A stretch of DNA of 64,000 bases from an uncultured virus (IMG/VR IMGVR_UViG_3300028763_000006). Its lineage: Duplodnaviria > Heunggongvirae > Uroviricota > Caudoviricetes. The notes beneath the pieces are model-generated. The model did no database searches. It had not been told where the DNA came from and was given only the letters and a program-made list of their open reading frames with translations. Below, piece by piece: positions 1 through 9,727 of the stretch. The stretch covers positions 1-64,000 of IMG/VR virus record IMGVR_UViG_3300028763_000006. One strand, 5' to 3'. Each line of letters opens with the position of its first letter. The stretch's first letter is position 1. The position numbers were made by a program, and so were the translations under genes.

Positions 1-1
1 A

Positions 2-352
2 TTTGAAAAAGTTCTTTCTTATATCTTTCAGAATGACATTCAAATAAATTTAATTCAGTGTGATGCTCAAATTCAAAAGGTTCTTCACATTAAAGATAAA
101 AAAGAAATTGAAAAAATGAAGATATCTGGGCTCGGTGGCACAACTTTAAATCCAGGAATTGACTATATTGCTGATCCTCACAACAAACTAAGTACATTTA
201 ACACTGTAATTTTGACTGACGGTTATACTGATAGTTTGGATTTCAAAAAAGTAAAAACACGAACTTTAATATTATCAACTGCAGAAAAATGTCCTATATC
301 ATATGATAATGGTAAAGTAAAACAGATTGTAAATATTGGAAAACAAGATTAA
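2..352 (+). CDS. vWA-domain protein, C-terminal part (5'-truncated by window edge); likely partner of the MoxR ATPase
   Basis: Frame is open from nt 2 (FEKVLSYIFQNDIQINLIQCDAQIQ...) into ORF 116..352. GGT and ILTDG MIDAS-type motifs. Confidence 0.75.
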   Translation, partial: FEKVLSYIFQNDIQINLIQCDAQIQKVLHIKDKKEIEKMKISGLGGTTLNPGIDYIADPHNKLSTFNTVILTDGYTDSLDFKKVKTRTLILSTAEKCPISYDNGKVKQIVNIGKQD

Positions 353-1155
353 ATATTAAATTGAGTTTCTATTTTAATATTTTTAGTAGAATTTATATAA
401 TTTTTAGTTATACATAAATTAGAAATATCACCTATTATATCAGGTGATATTTCTTTTTTAAATCCGTACCAAATAGATATTTTATGATCAATAGAAGGAT
501 AATTAACGTTGTGTCCATCAAGTGAAAAATTATTTTTTATATATTCATTATCATAATAATCTAAACCATTCCATTTCAATAATAACAATTTCTTATTTTT
601 TTTAGTTATTCTATTAACTTTCCTTTTATATAGCACAAAATCAGATATCATATAATCAGGTAATTGAATACCTAATTTTATTCTTGTATTTTTCATCTTA
701 TCAATAACTTCATCATTTTTACTTGCTCTATCAAAACCATATTTTATTAAATTTGTTTCTTTAATTTTATTTTTAAATTTTTCTACTTGAAAAGTACAGC
801 CATATCCATATTTTTCAATATTATTTTTATATCTTTTTTCTCTCATTTCAATAGACTGAAATGTATGTTCCACTCCATATTTTTCTTTATTAGTTTTTAT
901 ATTCTTATTCATTGAACATTTTTTACAACAATAATAATTGTGATGGGTTAAAGATTTTGTGTATGATCTCATTTTTATTTTATTTTCAAATCCGCAATCA
1001 TCACATTTTGCTATAATTTCATAATTACTATTATCAGATAATTGTGTAGTCAAAACTTCAATTTGATAACCTACTTTAACATCATAACCACAATTTTTAA
1101 AATGATTAAAATTCTTAGAATTTATAATAATTAATATTTTTTCTTCAATTATCAT
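349..1155 (-). CDS. Putative HNH homing endonuclease with Zn-ribbon and KYG repeats
   Basis: CDDC...CCKKC Zn motif; repeated (E/I)KYG units; C-terminal SIDHKIS...NLCITKNYINSTKN HNH-like motif. Confidence 0.65.
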   Translation of the reverse strand: MIIEEKILIIINSKNFNHFKNCGYDVKVGYQIEVLTTQLSDNSNYEIIAKCDDCGFENKIKMRSYTKSLTHHNYYCCKKCSMNKNIKTNKEKYGVEHTFQSIEMREKRYKNNIEKYGYGCTFQVEKFKNKIKETNLIKYGFDRASKNDEVIDKMKNTRIKLGIQLPDYMISDFVLYKRKVNRITKKNKKLLLLKWNGLDYYDNEYIKNNFSLDGHNVNYPSIDHKISIWYGFKKEISPDIIGDISNLCITKNYINSTKNIKIETQFNI

Positions 1156-1294
1156 TTTTAGATTTTATTTTTTCAAATTCTTTTTTAATTATTTTTTCAA
1201 CCCAATCATTTAATTTGAGTGAATTTTCTTTTGCATAAGTTTTTAACTCAGTGTGCAAATTTTCGTCTATTTTCATATTTTTCAATTTCTTCAT
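1145..1294 (-). CDS. 49-aa ribbon-helix-helix-like DNA-binding protein (not in ORF track)
   Basis: Manual translation MKKLKNMKIDENLHTELKTYAKENSLKLNDWVEKIIKKEFEKIKSKNDN*. Overlaps the HNH gene start; TATATA upstream. Confidence 0.6.
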   Translation of the reverse strand: MKKLKNMKIDENLHTELKTYAKENSLKLNDWVEKIIKKEFEKIKSKNDN

Positions 1295-1365
1295 AATCTA
1301 TATATAAATATAACAGTATCAAAAAAGATAAAAGTTTATCTTTTTTGAAAATAATTTAAATTTCT

Positions 1366-1396
1366 TTTGGTATATCAATTATTTTTATTACTTTTG
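1366..1396 (+). promoter_or_regulatory. Bacteroidota-type sigma70 promoter (-33 TTTG / -7 TAnnTTTG)
   Basis: TTTG 1366-1369, 19-nt spacer, TACTTTTG 1389-1396; ATG at 1414. Confidence 0.65.
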
Positions 1397-1413
1397 TAAT
1401 ACAAAAAACAAAC

Positions 1414-1593
1414 ATGATTTATATAATAGCATATTTGATATTAGCATTATTATGGGCTATTTATTGTTCATTTAGAACCAGTAAAATGGGAAGATTAGGT
1501 AGAAATTTTATAAATTTATTTATTACTTTTATTACAAATTTTTTAATTTTTCCTTATTCAGTTTATTACTCAATAAAAAACAAAAAAATATAA
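1414..1593 (+). CDS. 59-aa small membrane protein (not in ORF track)
   Basis: MIYIIAYLILALLWAIYCSFRTSKMGRLGRNFINLFITFITNFLIFPYSVYYSIKNKKI*; two hydrophobic segments; directly follows a promoter. Confidence 0.55.
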   Translation: MIYIIAYLILALLWAIYCSFRTSKMGRLGRNFINLFITFITNFLIFPYSVYYSIKNKKI

Positions 1594-1599
1594 AATAGT

Positions 1600-2754
1600 A
1601 TGACAAATAAAGAAAGATTATTATCATTATTTTCAGATGATGTAGAGTATAATTATCACATTGTACCTACAACTGAGCCAAATGGTAATCTGATTTATAT
1701 GATTAGAAATGGAAAAGAATTAAATTTAGAAACATTAGAATTTTCTACATTAAAAATAGCAGAAGAATTAGTCAATCAATGCTCAGTTAAAATTGAAAAA
1801 TTTGCACCATCAATTTATTTTACTGATGAAAGTGATATAAATGAATTATCAGGCAAATTAGATATTAAAATGTCTAAAAATTCAGATTTTTCAATTTTCA
1901 TTGATAGTATAAAAGATGAATATAGAATATTAGAAGTAACTGATTCACTTTTATATAAGAAAGATCCTGAAGCTTATCAAGAAGCTAAACAAAAAGAACA
2001 TATTGTTCATCAGAAAGAGTTGTGGGATGAATACGCTAAGCAAATAGAGAGTAAAACTAAAAGCAGAGAAGATGCATTGAAAGTATATCAAAATGACTTA
2101 ATTAATCTTTTAAAAGAGTATTTTGAAGGAGTAATAGAATACGAAAAACATGATTTTTTATTTGATATTGAATTTCAAAAAATAATTGGAAATTTAGTAA
2201 ATCCTGAAACATGGATAAAAATAAATGAAATACCATATGTTTGTAGGATTGATGTATTATCTATTGAAAAAGATAGAATTGAAGTATATTTAACAGATAA
2301 TAATGATTATTCATATACTGCAACATTAAGATTTCAAGATACTATGATTGAAACTGAAAATGTAGTAAAAATTGAAAATGGTGATATCGTTCCAAACATA
2401 TTACCAGATTATGAAATATTGTCAATATTATATGACATTAACTTAACATCAATAAAAGATTGGGAATTTAAGAATGAAACAGAAAAATTTGAATATGTAA
2501 TTGACTATTTAGTTCCTATTTTTAAAGAAGCAAAAGAAGCAAAAACTAAAGAATTTTTAAAAACATTATCTGACTCTGAAAGTTCTGAAAATAAAGAAGA
2601 AGTAAATGAATTATTAGAAAATCCACTTAATGCATTTAAATCAAATGATACGACAGAAGAACAATCTGATGATAGTAATAATGAGATAGAATCATTAACA
2701 ACAAAAATAAATGAAGAAGATATTGACAATGATGAATATGAAAGTATTCTATAA
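1600..2754 (+). CDS. Hypothetical protein with acidic C-terminus
   Basis: 384-aa ORF; no recognised motif. Confidence 0.6.
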   Translation: MTNKERLLSLFSDDVEYNYHIVPTTEPNGNLIYMIRNGKELNLETLEFSTLKIAEELVNQCSVKIEKFAPSIYFTDESDINELSGKLDIKMSKNSDFSIFIDSIKDEYRILEVTDSLLYKKDPEAYQEAKQKEHIVHQKELWDEYAKQIESKTKSREDALKVYQNDLINLLKEYFEGVIEYEKHDFLFDIEFQKIIGNLVNPETWIKINEIPYVCRIDVLSIEKDRIEVYLTDNNDYSYTATLRFQDTMIETENVVKIENGDIVPNILPDYEILSILYDINLTSIKDWEFKNETEKFEYVIDYLVPIFKEAKEAKTKEFLKTLSDSESSENKEEVNELLENPLNAFKSNDTTEEQSDDSNNEIESLTTKINEEDIDNDEYESIL

Positions 2755-2793
2755 AAAAATACAATAATATTTTTTTATATCAATAATAAGTAG

Positions 2794-2801
2794 TATCTTT
2801 G
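2794..2801 (+). promoter_or_regulatory. Bacteroidota-type -7 element TATCTTTG
   Basis: Intergenic, upstream of the AAA ATPase at 2868. Confidence 0.5.
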
Positions 2802-2867
2802 CAGTGTATTAAAAATATAAAATATCAATTAAACAAAACATTAATAAAACAGTAAATTGAATTAATT

Positions 2868-4139
2868 ATGTCAGAAAAAAACTTGAGTAAAGGTGTGACA
2901 ATGACGTCAGCAAAAAGATTTCCAGAAGGCTACGAAGCTCTATCAGATAGAGAAAAAAAGTATTTTAAGATGATGAATTCCAAAAGTGGAGTTCTATTTA
3001 TAACATCTGCTCCTGGATACGCGAAATCAGCAATCATGAGATCCATTGCTGGAAAAATTGGTTATCAATATTTTGATATTCGGTTATCAATGATTGATGA
3101 AACAGATGTTGGTTTATATCCATCATTAGATGAAGAAACAATTGATGGAGTATCTCAAAGGATGTTGGCTCACGTTGCACCTAAGTGGGCATATAAGGCT
3201 AATGACAAACCTACAATTATTCACTTTGAAGAATTGAACCGTTCCACTCTTGCAGTACGAAATGCAGCTCTTCAAATTTTACTTGAAAGAGAAATTGGAG
3301 CATTTTTCGCATTCAATTCAAATGTTCTTATGTGTTCTTCTGGTAATCTTGGTGAAGAAGATGGTACAGATGTAGAAGAATTTGACCAAGCTCTGAACAA
3401 TCGTTTAATTCACATTGAACACACAATGCCATTTCCTGAATGGGTTGATCAATATGCTAATAAAAATGTAGCACCAGTAATCGTTCAATTTTTGAAAACT
3501 CACACTGAACATTATTACAAGAAACCTGATCAAAGGAACACAACCAACAAAACGAGCAAAGCTTATGCAACTCCTCGTTCTTGGACATTTTTAAGTGATT
3601 ACATTTTTGAAAATCATGGTGAATGGATCGAAAAAACTGGTATTGATGGAACTACAATCAAAGACAGTGAAGGAAATGCAGTAATGATTAAGAAATTTCC
3701 AAATATCCGTACTTGGATCAGTGAAGTAAAAGAAATTGGACATGGTTATATTGGAGCATCAAACGCACCATTTATCAGATATTGTGAAGATACTCTTAAA
3801 ATTACACTTGATGATGTTCTTGATCGTTTTGACGACATTCTTGAAGATGTAAAAAACTTCAATCGTGATAAGAAATCTGAACTTCTTGCAAACATGAAGG
3901 AACGTAGTGTTTCAGTATTGAAACCTAAACAACTTGAAAATCTTGTTAAATTCCTTGGTACAATTTCAGATGATGAAGTTATTGGTTATTTACTTCATGT
4001 TCTTGATACTGAATATACATTATCTGAAGATTCTAAACCTAACAAAACTACTGAAAAGTTCTTAGCAGATAAGAGGTTTAATAAATTCAGAGACACTATC
4101 TTCAAACATGTTGATGATGATGAAGATAACAAAAAATAA
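2868..4139 (+). CDS. MoxR-like AAA+ ATPase
   Basis: Walker A variant SAPGYAKS, Walker B IIHFEELNR, SSGN, ALNNR, ATPRSW motif typical of phage MoxR ATPases. Confidence 0.8.
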   Translation: MSEKNLSKGVTMTSAKRFPEGYEALSDREKKYFKMMNSKSGVLFITSAPGYAKSAIMRSIAGKIGYQYFDIRLSMIDETDVGLYPSLDEETIDGVSQRMLAHVAPKWAYKANDKPTIIHFEELNRSTLAVRNAALQILLEREIGAFFAFNSNVLMCSSGNLGEEDGTDVEEFDQALNNRLIHIEHTMPFPEWVDQYANKNVAPVIVQFLKTHTEHYYKKPDQRNTTNKTSKAYATPRSWTFLSDYIFENHGEWIEKTGIDGTTIKDSEGNAVMIKKFPNIRTWISEVKEIGHGYIGASNAPFIRYCEDTLKITLDDVLDRFDDILEDVKNFNRDKKSELLANMKERSVSVLKPKQLENLVKFLGTISDDEVIGYLLHVLDTEYTLSEDSKPNKTTEKFLADKRFNKFRDTIFKHVDDDEDNKK

Positions 4140-4162
4140 TAATAAACATTATTATTAAACAC

Positions 4163-4195
4163 AAAAAAGCTACTAATTTAATTAGTAGCTTTTTT
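4163..4195. terminator. Bidirectional intrinsic terminator
   Basis: AAAAAAGCTACTAAT-TTA-ATTAGTAGCTTTTTT between convergent genes. Confidence 0.8.
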
Positions 4196-4201
4196 ATATC
4201 T

Positions 4202-4918
4202 TTATGATTTAGAAAACTCTAAAACACCCTCTTGATTTGTTTTTTCTGTATTACTTAAATCATCAAATGATTTGCATTTTATATGATCAACATAAATTGA
4301 ATTATTAAAATAATTATAAGTAATATCTTCTAACATATATTTATCTTTACACGATGTATAGTATTCATCCTGACTATTATACTTACAAAAAAAATATTTT
4401 AGTACATTCACTCTACCAGAAAAAAATCCAGTACAATAAGCAGGAGTATCAAATCCTCTATCATAATACTCATAAAATATAGCATCAGTATGTAACTCAG
4501 AATCTAATATATTTTCGTTATCGATTAACTCTTCATTGCTTATTTGATAATCATAATTTATAATATGAACATTTTCATAACCTCTATCTTTAGCAAATCT
4601 CATTCCATTATTAATTAGAGTATATGCTGCAAAACCATGTTCATAATCGAATAACTTATAGATTCTCTCTCCATTATCATCCAAACACCAGTAATAATAA
4701 GTAATATTATACTTACCATAATCTTCTTTATACAATAATGGATTATTACTATCATATAAAGAATATTTACACATTAGTTGAATATCAGAATCAATTGGAT
4801 AATTAGATGATATAAGAACATCATAATCAATAGATTCTACACATTTTTTAAGAAGTTCCTTTCTAAATATTGTATCAGCATGAGAAAGAACAATTGCTAA
4901 TGTTTTATTATTTTTCAT
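4202..4918 (-). CDS. Hypothetical protein, possible glycosyltransferase-like fold
   Basis: N-terminal beta strand, HG motif, NYD (DxD-like) motif, LE motif; weak. Confidence 0.35.
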   Translation of the reverse strand: MKNNKTLAIVLSHADTIFRKELLKKCVESIDYDVLISSNYPIDSDIQLMCKYSLYDSNNPLLYKEDYGKYNITYYYWCLDDNGERIYKLFDYEHGFAAYTLINNGMRFAKDRGYENVHIINYDYQISNEELIDNENILDSELHTDAIFYEYYDRGFDTPAYCTGFFSGRVNVLKYFFCKYNSQDEYYTSCKDKYMLEDITYNYFNNSIYVDHIKCKSFDDLSNTEKTNQEGVLEFSKS

Positions 4919-4951
4919 TTTTATTATTTTATTTTATTATCAAATTTTAAA

Positions 4952-4988
4952 AATAACTTCACACAAATATTATTTATGTGAAGTTATT
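4952..4988. terminator. Hairpin downstream of nrdJ
   Basis: AATAACTTCACA...TGTGAAGTTATT inverted repeat. Confidence 0.55.
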
Positions 4989-5008
4989 CTTAACTATTTG
5001 ATTATCAA

Positions 5009-7567
5009 CTATTCACATTTTGACCATCCACAAGCCTTACATGTTTTGCAACCATTTTCATATACTAAATCATCTCCTGTTGCTCCACAATTAGGACATT
5101 TTTCTCCAATAATTGCAGAATTGATATATTTCTTAATAATTCTTTTTACTCCACTCTTCCATGTTCCAAATGCAGCATTATCTGTCATTTCTAATGTATC
5201 AATAAGGTGAATGACACTTGGTAAGTGAATTCTATGTCTCAAGAAAGCAGATAATAATTTACTTGTATTCCATAATTCTCTATTAAATGCTCTGTTCAAG
5301 CCTTCCATAGTTACATTATATCCATCTTTATCTTTATAAACAAAGTCATATCTACTTTTACCTTCTTCACCATTTTTTGACTCTAATTTAATTCTAACAA
5401 TCTCTCCTTTTTCGACACTAATAGGAATAAGAAATGCTTCAGCTACACCAGTAAATAATTCGTATGGATATTTTTCACTTTTATCATCTACGTCCAATCC
5501 TAAGAATCCAATCCATTTTTCACCTTTATTTGTGAATCTAACAACATCGCATTCTAATTTTTTTGGACGTTTTCTTGCATTATTTTCTCCGGATTCTGAT
5601 ACTACATTTTTAGTAGTACCTTCATTTGACATAATAACACCTTCTCTTGATCCATCACGATAAACTGTGATACCTTTACAGCCACTTCTCCATCCTGTTT
5701 CATAAACTTTTGATACAATTTCTTCTGTTACATTATTTGGTAGATTAACTGTAACTGAAATAGAATGATCAACAAATTTCTGAATACTACCTTGCATCTT
5801 AACTTTTTCAACCCAATTTACATCATTAGCTGTTGCTTTATTGTATGGAGATTTTTCAATAATTGGTTTCAACTCTGAATCTTTCATCAATTTAACTTTT
5901 GCTACATCGTAACCATTAATTTCCAGCCACACTTCAAATTTCTTATGAAATACATAATATTCTTCCCATTTTTGTCCTTCTGCATCAATAAAGTCTACAC
6001 TAGCATTTTTATCACTTGGGTTTATCTTCCTTCTTCTCTTATATGACACTTTATATGCTGGCTCTATACCTGATGTAGTTTGAGTCAAGATTGAAACTGA
6101 GCCTGTTGGTGCAATCGTGAGCAGTGCGATATTTCTTCTACCATATTCTTTAAGCATTGAATCTAATTCAGGATCAACATCTTTCAATCTTTGAATGAAT
6201 GGATTATTAATCTCACTATCATAATCGTAGATTGGAAAAGCCCCTCTTTCTTTTGCCATTATAGAAGATGATTTATATGCTCCTATAGCTAATTTTTTAT
6301 GAACTTCTGTTGAAAAATCTGTTGCATCTGATGTACCATAAATCAATCCAAGTGCAGCTAGCATATCTCCTTCTGCTGTCACTCCTAATCCTGTTCTACG
6401 ACCTTTAATAGTCATATTTTGAATTTTAATCCAAGTTTCTCTTTCTACTCTTTTAGTATGATCAGTTTCTGGATCAATTTCAATTTTTTCTAAAATTTTA
6501 TCAATTTTTTCTAGTTCCAAATCAACAATATCATCCATAAATCTTTCTGCATAAATGGTATGTTCGTTAAATAAATCCCAATCAAAATATGCTTCTGGAG
6601 TAAAAGGATTTACCACATAACTATATAGATTAATAGCAAGTAATCTACAACTATCATATGGACACAAAGTTATTTCTCCACAAGGATTTGTTGAAACTGT
6701 TTTAAATCCATGTTGTTGATAACAATCTGGAACAGATTCTCTCATAACAGTATCCCAGAATAAAATACCAGGTTCTGCTGATTTCCATGCATTGTGAATA
6801 ATTTTCTTCCAAAGTTTATTTGCATCTATTTGTTTTGTAATTATTGGATTTTTTGAATCAATTGGAAACAATTGAGTAAACATACCAGAATTTATTGATG
6901 CTGTCATAAATTCATCTGTCAATTTAATTGATATATTTGCTCCAGTAACTTTTCCTTGTTCCAATTTAGCATCTATAAATGCTTCTGAATCAGGATGAAG
7001 AACAGAACACGATAACATCAATGCACCTCGTCTTCCTCCTTGTGCAACTTCATTTGTGGAATTTGAATATCTACTCATAAATGGAACCAGTCCAGTAGAA
7101 GTCAAAGCGGAATTTTTTACTGGCATTCCTGCTGGCCTAATATGAGAAAGATCATGTCCAACTCCTCCACGTCTTTTCATTAATTGTATTTGTTCTTCAT
7201 CAACTTGCATAATTGATCCGTAAGAATCAGCAGGATTTCCAATAACAAAGCAATTTGATATCGACACAACTTGATTATCATTACCAATTCCTGACATTGG
7301 AGAACCTTGTGGTATAATATATTTAAAATCTTTTATTAAATCAAATATAAAATCTTCAGATAATGGATTTTTATATTTTAGTTCTATTCTATGTAACTCT
7401 TTTGAGAGTCTTCTGTGCATATCATCAGGTGTCAATTCATAATAAACAGTATCATTATCAACTGTATCTTTTAACGCATACTTATTTACCCAAACATCAG
7501 AGGCTAATGTATCACCTTTGAAATATTTTAATGATGCATCAAATGCGTCTTCCCTTTTAAAATTCAT
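5009..7567 (-). CDS. nrdJ: Class II (adenosylcobalamin-dependent) ribonucleoside-diphosphate reductase
   Basis: SNCFV, TNPCGE catalytic motif, TIAPTGS, GCKGITVYRDGSR, C-terminal CPNC...CKACGWSKC; no beta subunit nearby. Confidence 0.9.
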   Translation of the reverse strand: MNFKREDAFDASLKYFKGDTLASDVWVNKYALKDTVDNDTVYYELTPDDMHRRLSKELHRIELKYKNPLSEDFIFDLIKDFKYIIPQGSPMSGIGNDNQVVSISNCFVIGNPADSYGSIMQVDEEQIQLMKRRGGVGHDLSHIRPAGMPVKNSALTSTGLVPFMSRYSNSTNEVAQGGRRGALMLSCSVLHPDSEAFIDAKLEQGKVTGANISIKLTDEFMTASINSGMFTQLFPIDSKNPIITKQIDANKLWKKIIHNAWKSAEPGILFWDTVMRESVPDCYQQHGFKTVSTNPCGEITLCPYDSCRLLAINLYSYVVNPFTPEAYFDWDLFNEHTIYAERFMDDIVDLELEKIDKILEKIEIDPETDHTKRVERETWIKIQNMTIKGRRTGLGVTAEGDMLAALGLIYGTSDATDFSTEVHKKLAIGAYKSSSIMAKERGAFPIYDYDSEINNPFIQRLKDVDPELDSMLKEYGRRNIALLTIAPTGSVSILTQTTSGIEPAYKVSYKRRRKINPSDKNASVDFIDAEGQKWEEYYVFHKKFEVWLEINGYDVAKVKLMKDSELKPIIEKSPYNKATANDVNWVEKVKMQGSIQKFVDHSISVTVNLPNNVTEEIVSKVYETGWRSGCKGITVYRDGSREGVIMSNEGTTKNVVSESGENNARKRPKKLECDVVRFTNKGEKWIGFLGLDVDDKSEKYPYELFTGVAEAFLIPISVEKGEIVRIKLESKNGEEGKSRYDFVYKDKDGYNVTMEGLNRAFNRELWNTSKLLSAFLRHRIHLPSVIHLIDTLEMTDNAAFGTWKSGVKRIIKKYINSAIIGEKCPNCGATGDDLVYENGCKTCKACGWSKCE

Positions 7568-7590
7568 GTTATTTCTATTTTTTGTTTTTA

Positions 7591-8298
7591 TTATATAAAA
7601 TTTATATTATTTAGGCTTGTTAAATACCCACGTTGTTTTAGTTCTACTATTATGTGTGTTGCATATTCTTTGTCTAACAACTTAAACATGTTAAATATAT
7701 TATCAGTGAAATAATAAGATAATTCAACGAATATTTCAGACTTACTATATTCTTTTCCGATATTATTCAATAACATTCTATAATAGTCATTAAATGCCTG
7801 TTTGTTTGGTTTTCTTCTATTTGAGGAAAAATCTAAATCTGTTTTATCACTTAGCAAATCATAAATATCTCTTTGAAGATTTAATCTATCTATGTAATCT
7901 TCATAGTGTTTACTTTCAAATTCATAAGATGATCCTGCTTCTATTGGCAATCCATCATTCAGATTAAAATCTTCTTGCTGATTAATATTATAATCATATT
8001 CTTGCTGATCACCACTATCTTCTACTTTACCTTTAAATATAGTATCTCTTGATAACGCATGTTTACCTTCAAGTTTATGATTATTAGTATTAAATTTAAC
8101 CATAATATCTATTTCATCTTCTTCATCTTCTTCTTCTTCTTCAATAGATGTATCATCAGTAACTGAACTATCATCATCTGACGAAATATCTAAATTTTCA
8201 TCTAATAGATTCAGATCATCTTCTAGTTCTTCTATTTCTTCTGATTCATTATTTAAATCATCATTTAAATAATCATCAATTTCTTCATTATTTTTCAT
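7591..8298 (-). CDS. Hypothetical protein with highly acidic N-terminus
   Basis: D/E-rich first ~65 aa; in an operon with the helicase and RNR. Confidence 0.6.
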   Translation of the reverse strand: MKNNEEIDDYLNDDLNNESEEIEELEDDLNLLDENLDISSDDDSSVTDDTSIEEEEEDEEDEIDIMVKFNTNNHKLEGKHALSRDTIFKGKVEDSGDQQEYDYNINQQEDFNLNDGLPIEAGSSYEFESKHYEDYIDRLNLQRDIYDLLSDKTDLDFSSNRRKPNKQAFNDYYRMLLNNIGKEYSKSEIFVELSYYFTDNIFNMFKLLDKEYATHIIVELKQRGYLTSLNNINFI

Positions 8299-8319
8299 TT
8301 ATTATTAATATTATTAGTT

Positions 8320-9660
8320 TTATTTAACTCCGATTAAAGCATCATTTTCCATAGTTAAAAAATTTGTATTAAAATCAAATCTTACTTGTTCTTCATGATG
8401 TTCTCCATCTCTCAATTTTAATATTTTAAGCCTATAAATATTATTTCTTTTCATTTCTGGATTCCTAATAATACCCCAAACAGAATCAGCGGTATCTGCA
8501 ATTGCCTTACTTTCAGGAATAGCAGCAAGATTAATATCTGATGCACCCCAAACACTTTTATCTGTTTGAGTTGCTGTTATAACTGCACATTCATATTTAT
8601 CAGCAATTCGTCTTAATCCTTCAGCTAAATGTTTACCTTTTAAATATAACATATTTGAGATATCAAATCCTTTTTCAATTGACATAATATTTATATAATC
8701 TACAATTACCATCCCAACTTTAATTCTTTTAACTTCTTCAAATTTTTTAATATAATTGTCAATATCAGTAACAGTACAATCACTAGTATTATATTTTTTT
8801 ACATATATTTTACCAGGTTGTGAATCAAATAATCCACCAACTGTTGATTGTGATTTGATATTGTTCAATTTGTGCTTCATATAAGTTGAATCTTTTGATT
8901 TCTCATCATATTCATCTACATTTATTTTAAGCCTCATTGAACCTAACCTTTTCATTACTTTCCTTGTTGCCATTTCTAATGTAATAAGTAGAACATTAGC
9001 TCCAGCATTTGCTGCGTTAGTTGCTATATTATGTAGCCACATTGATTTTCCAACATTGGTTTCTCCCATTATAACATTAAATGTAGATTTACTCCATCCT
9101 CCACCTAATATATTATCTATACTTGGCCAACCTGATGGAATACAATTCTTTGAAATCATTTGTTTATGAGATTCAGGATCATCAAAATCTGAACCTAAAT
9201 CATTATCATCATCATCTACCATAAGTACATTTGAAAACATGCCTTTCATTTTTTGAGCTATTTCAAGAGCATTATCATAATTAACTTCTTCAATTCCTCT
9301 AACCATATCAATACTTTTTAGTACGTCACCTTTTAATTGGTTTTGAATTTTCCATCCTTTAAACATAGGAAGTAACCATTCAGGACTGAAATCACTGTTA
9401 TCAGATTGAAGAAGTAATTTTATAACTTTATCATTTATTTTGTTATCAGAATCAGCAAGTTTAACCATTGAATAAATTTGTTGAGAACTTGGTACAGTAT
9501 GACTTTCACTTTTAATATATTCTTCTCTTATTACAGTGTAAATAAATTGTATATCAGAATTTCTAAAGAAAAAAGGATCTACTTTGGAAAATTGGTCAGG
9601 ATTGTCCAATATGTGAACAAAGTAATGTTTTTCCATGTTTGTGTTTGTTGTATCTGCCAT
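8320..9660 (-). CDS. Replicative DNA helicase, T4 gp41/DnaB-like
   Basis: GETNVGKS Walker A, ITLEM, IVDYIN, ITATQT, KLRDG; adjacent to UvsX as in T4-like phages. Confidence 0.9.
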   Translation of the reverse strand: MADTTNTNMEKHYFVHILDNPDQFSKVDPFFFRNSDIQFIYTVIREEYIKSESHTVPSSQQIYSMVKLADSDNKINDKVIKLLLQSDNSDFSPEWLLPMFKGWKIQNQLKGDVLKSIDMVRGIEEVNYDNALEIAQKMKGMFSNVLMVDDDDNDLGSDFDDPESHKQMISKNCIPSGWPSIDNILGGGWSKSTFNVIMGETNVGKSMWLHNIATNAANAGANVLLITLEMATRKVMKRLGSMRLKINVDEYDEKSKDSTYMKHKLNNIKSQSTVGGLFDSQPGKIYVKKYNTSDCTVTDIDNYIKKFEEVKRIKVGMVIVDYINIMSIEKGFDISNMLYLKGKHLAEGLRRIADKYECAVITATQTDKSVWGASDINLAAIPESKAIADTADSVWGIIRNPEMKRNNIYRLKILKLRDGEHHEEQVRFDFNTNFLTMENDALIGVK

Positions 9661-9727
9661 ATAAAAGTATTATATAAAAATTGTATTATTGTTTATTTAT
9701 TATCTATTATTTAATTATTATTTGTAT

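Noticed and set aside
349..1155. HNH protein ending TQFNI as a KFNL-family member
   Set aside because: It lacks the Lys at -4 and the leader; probably coincidental, so not counted.
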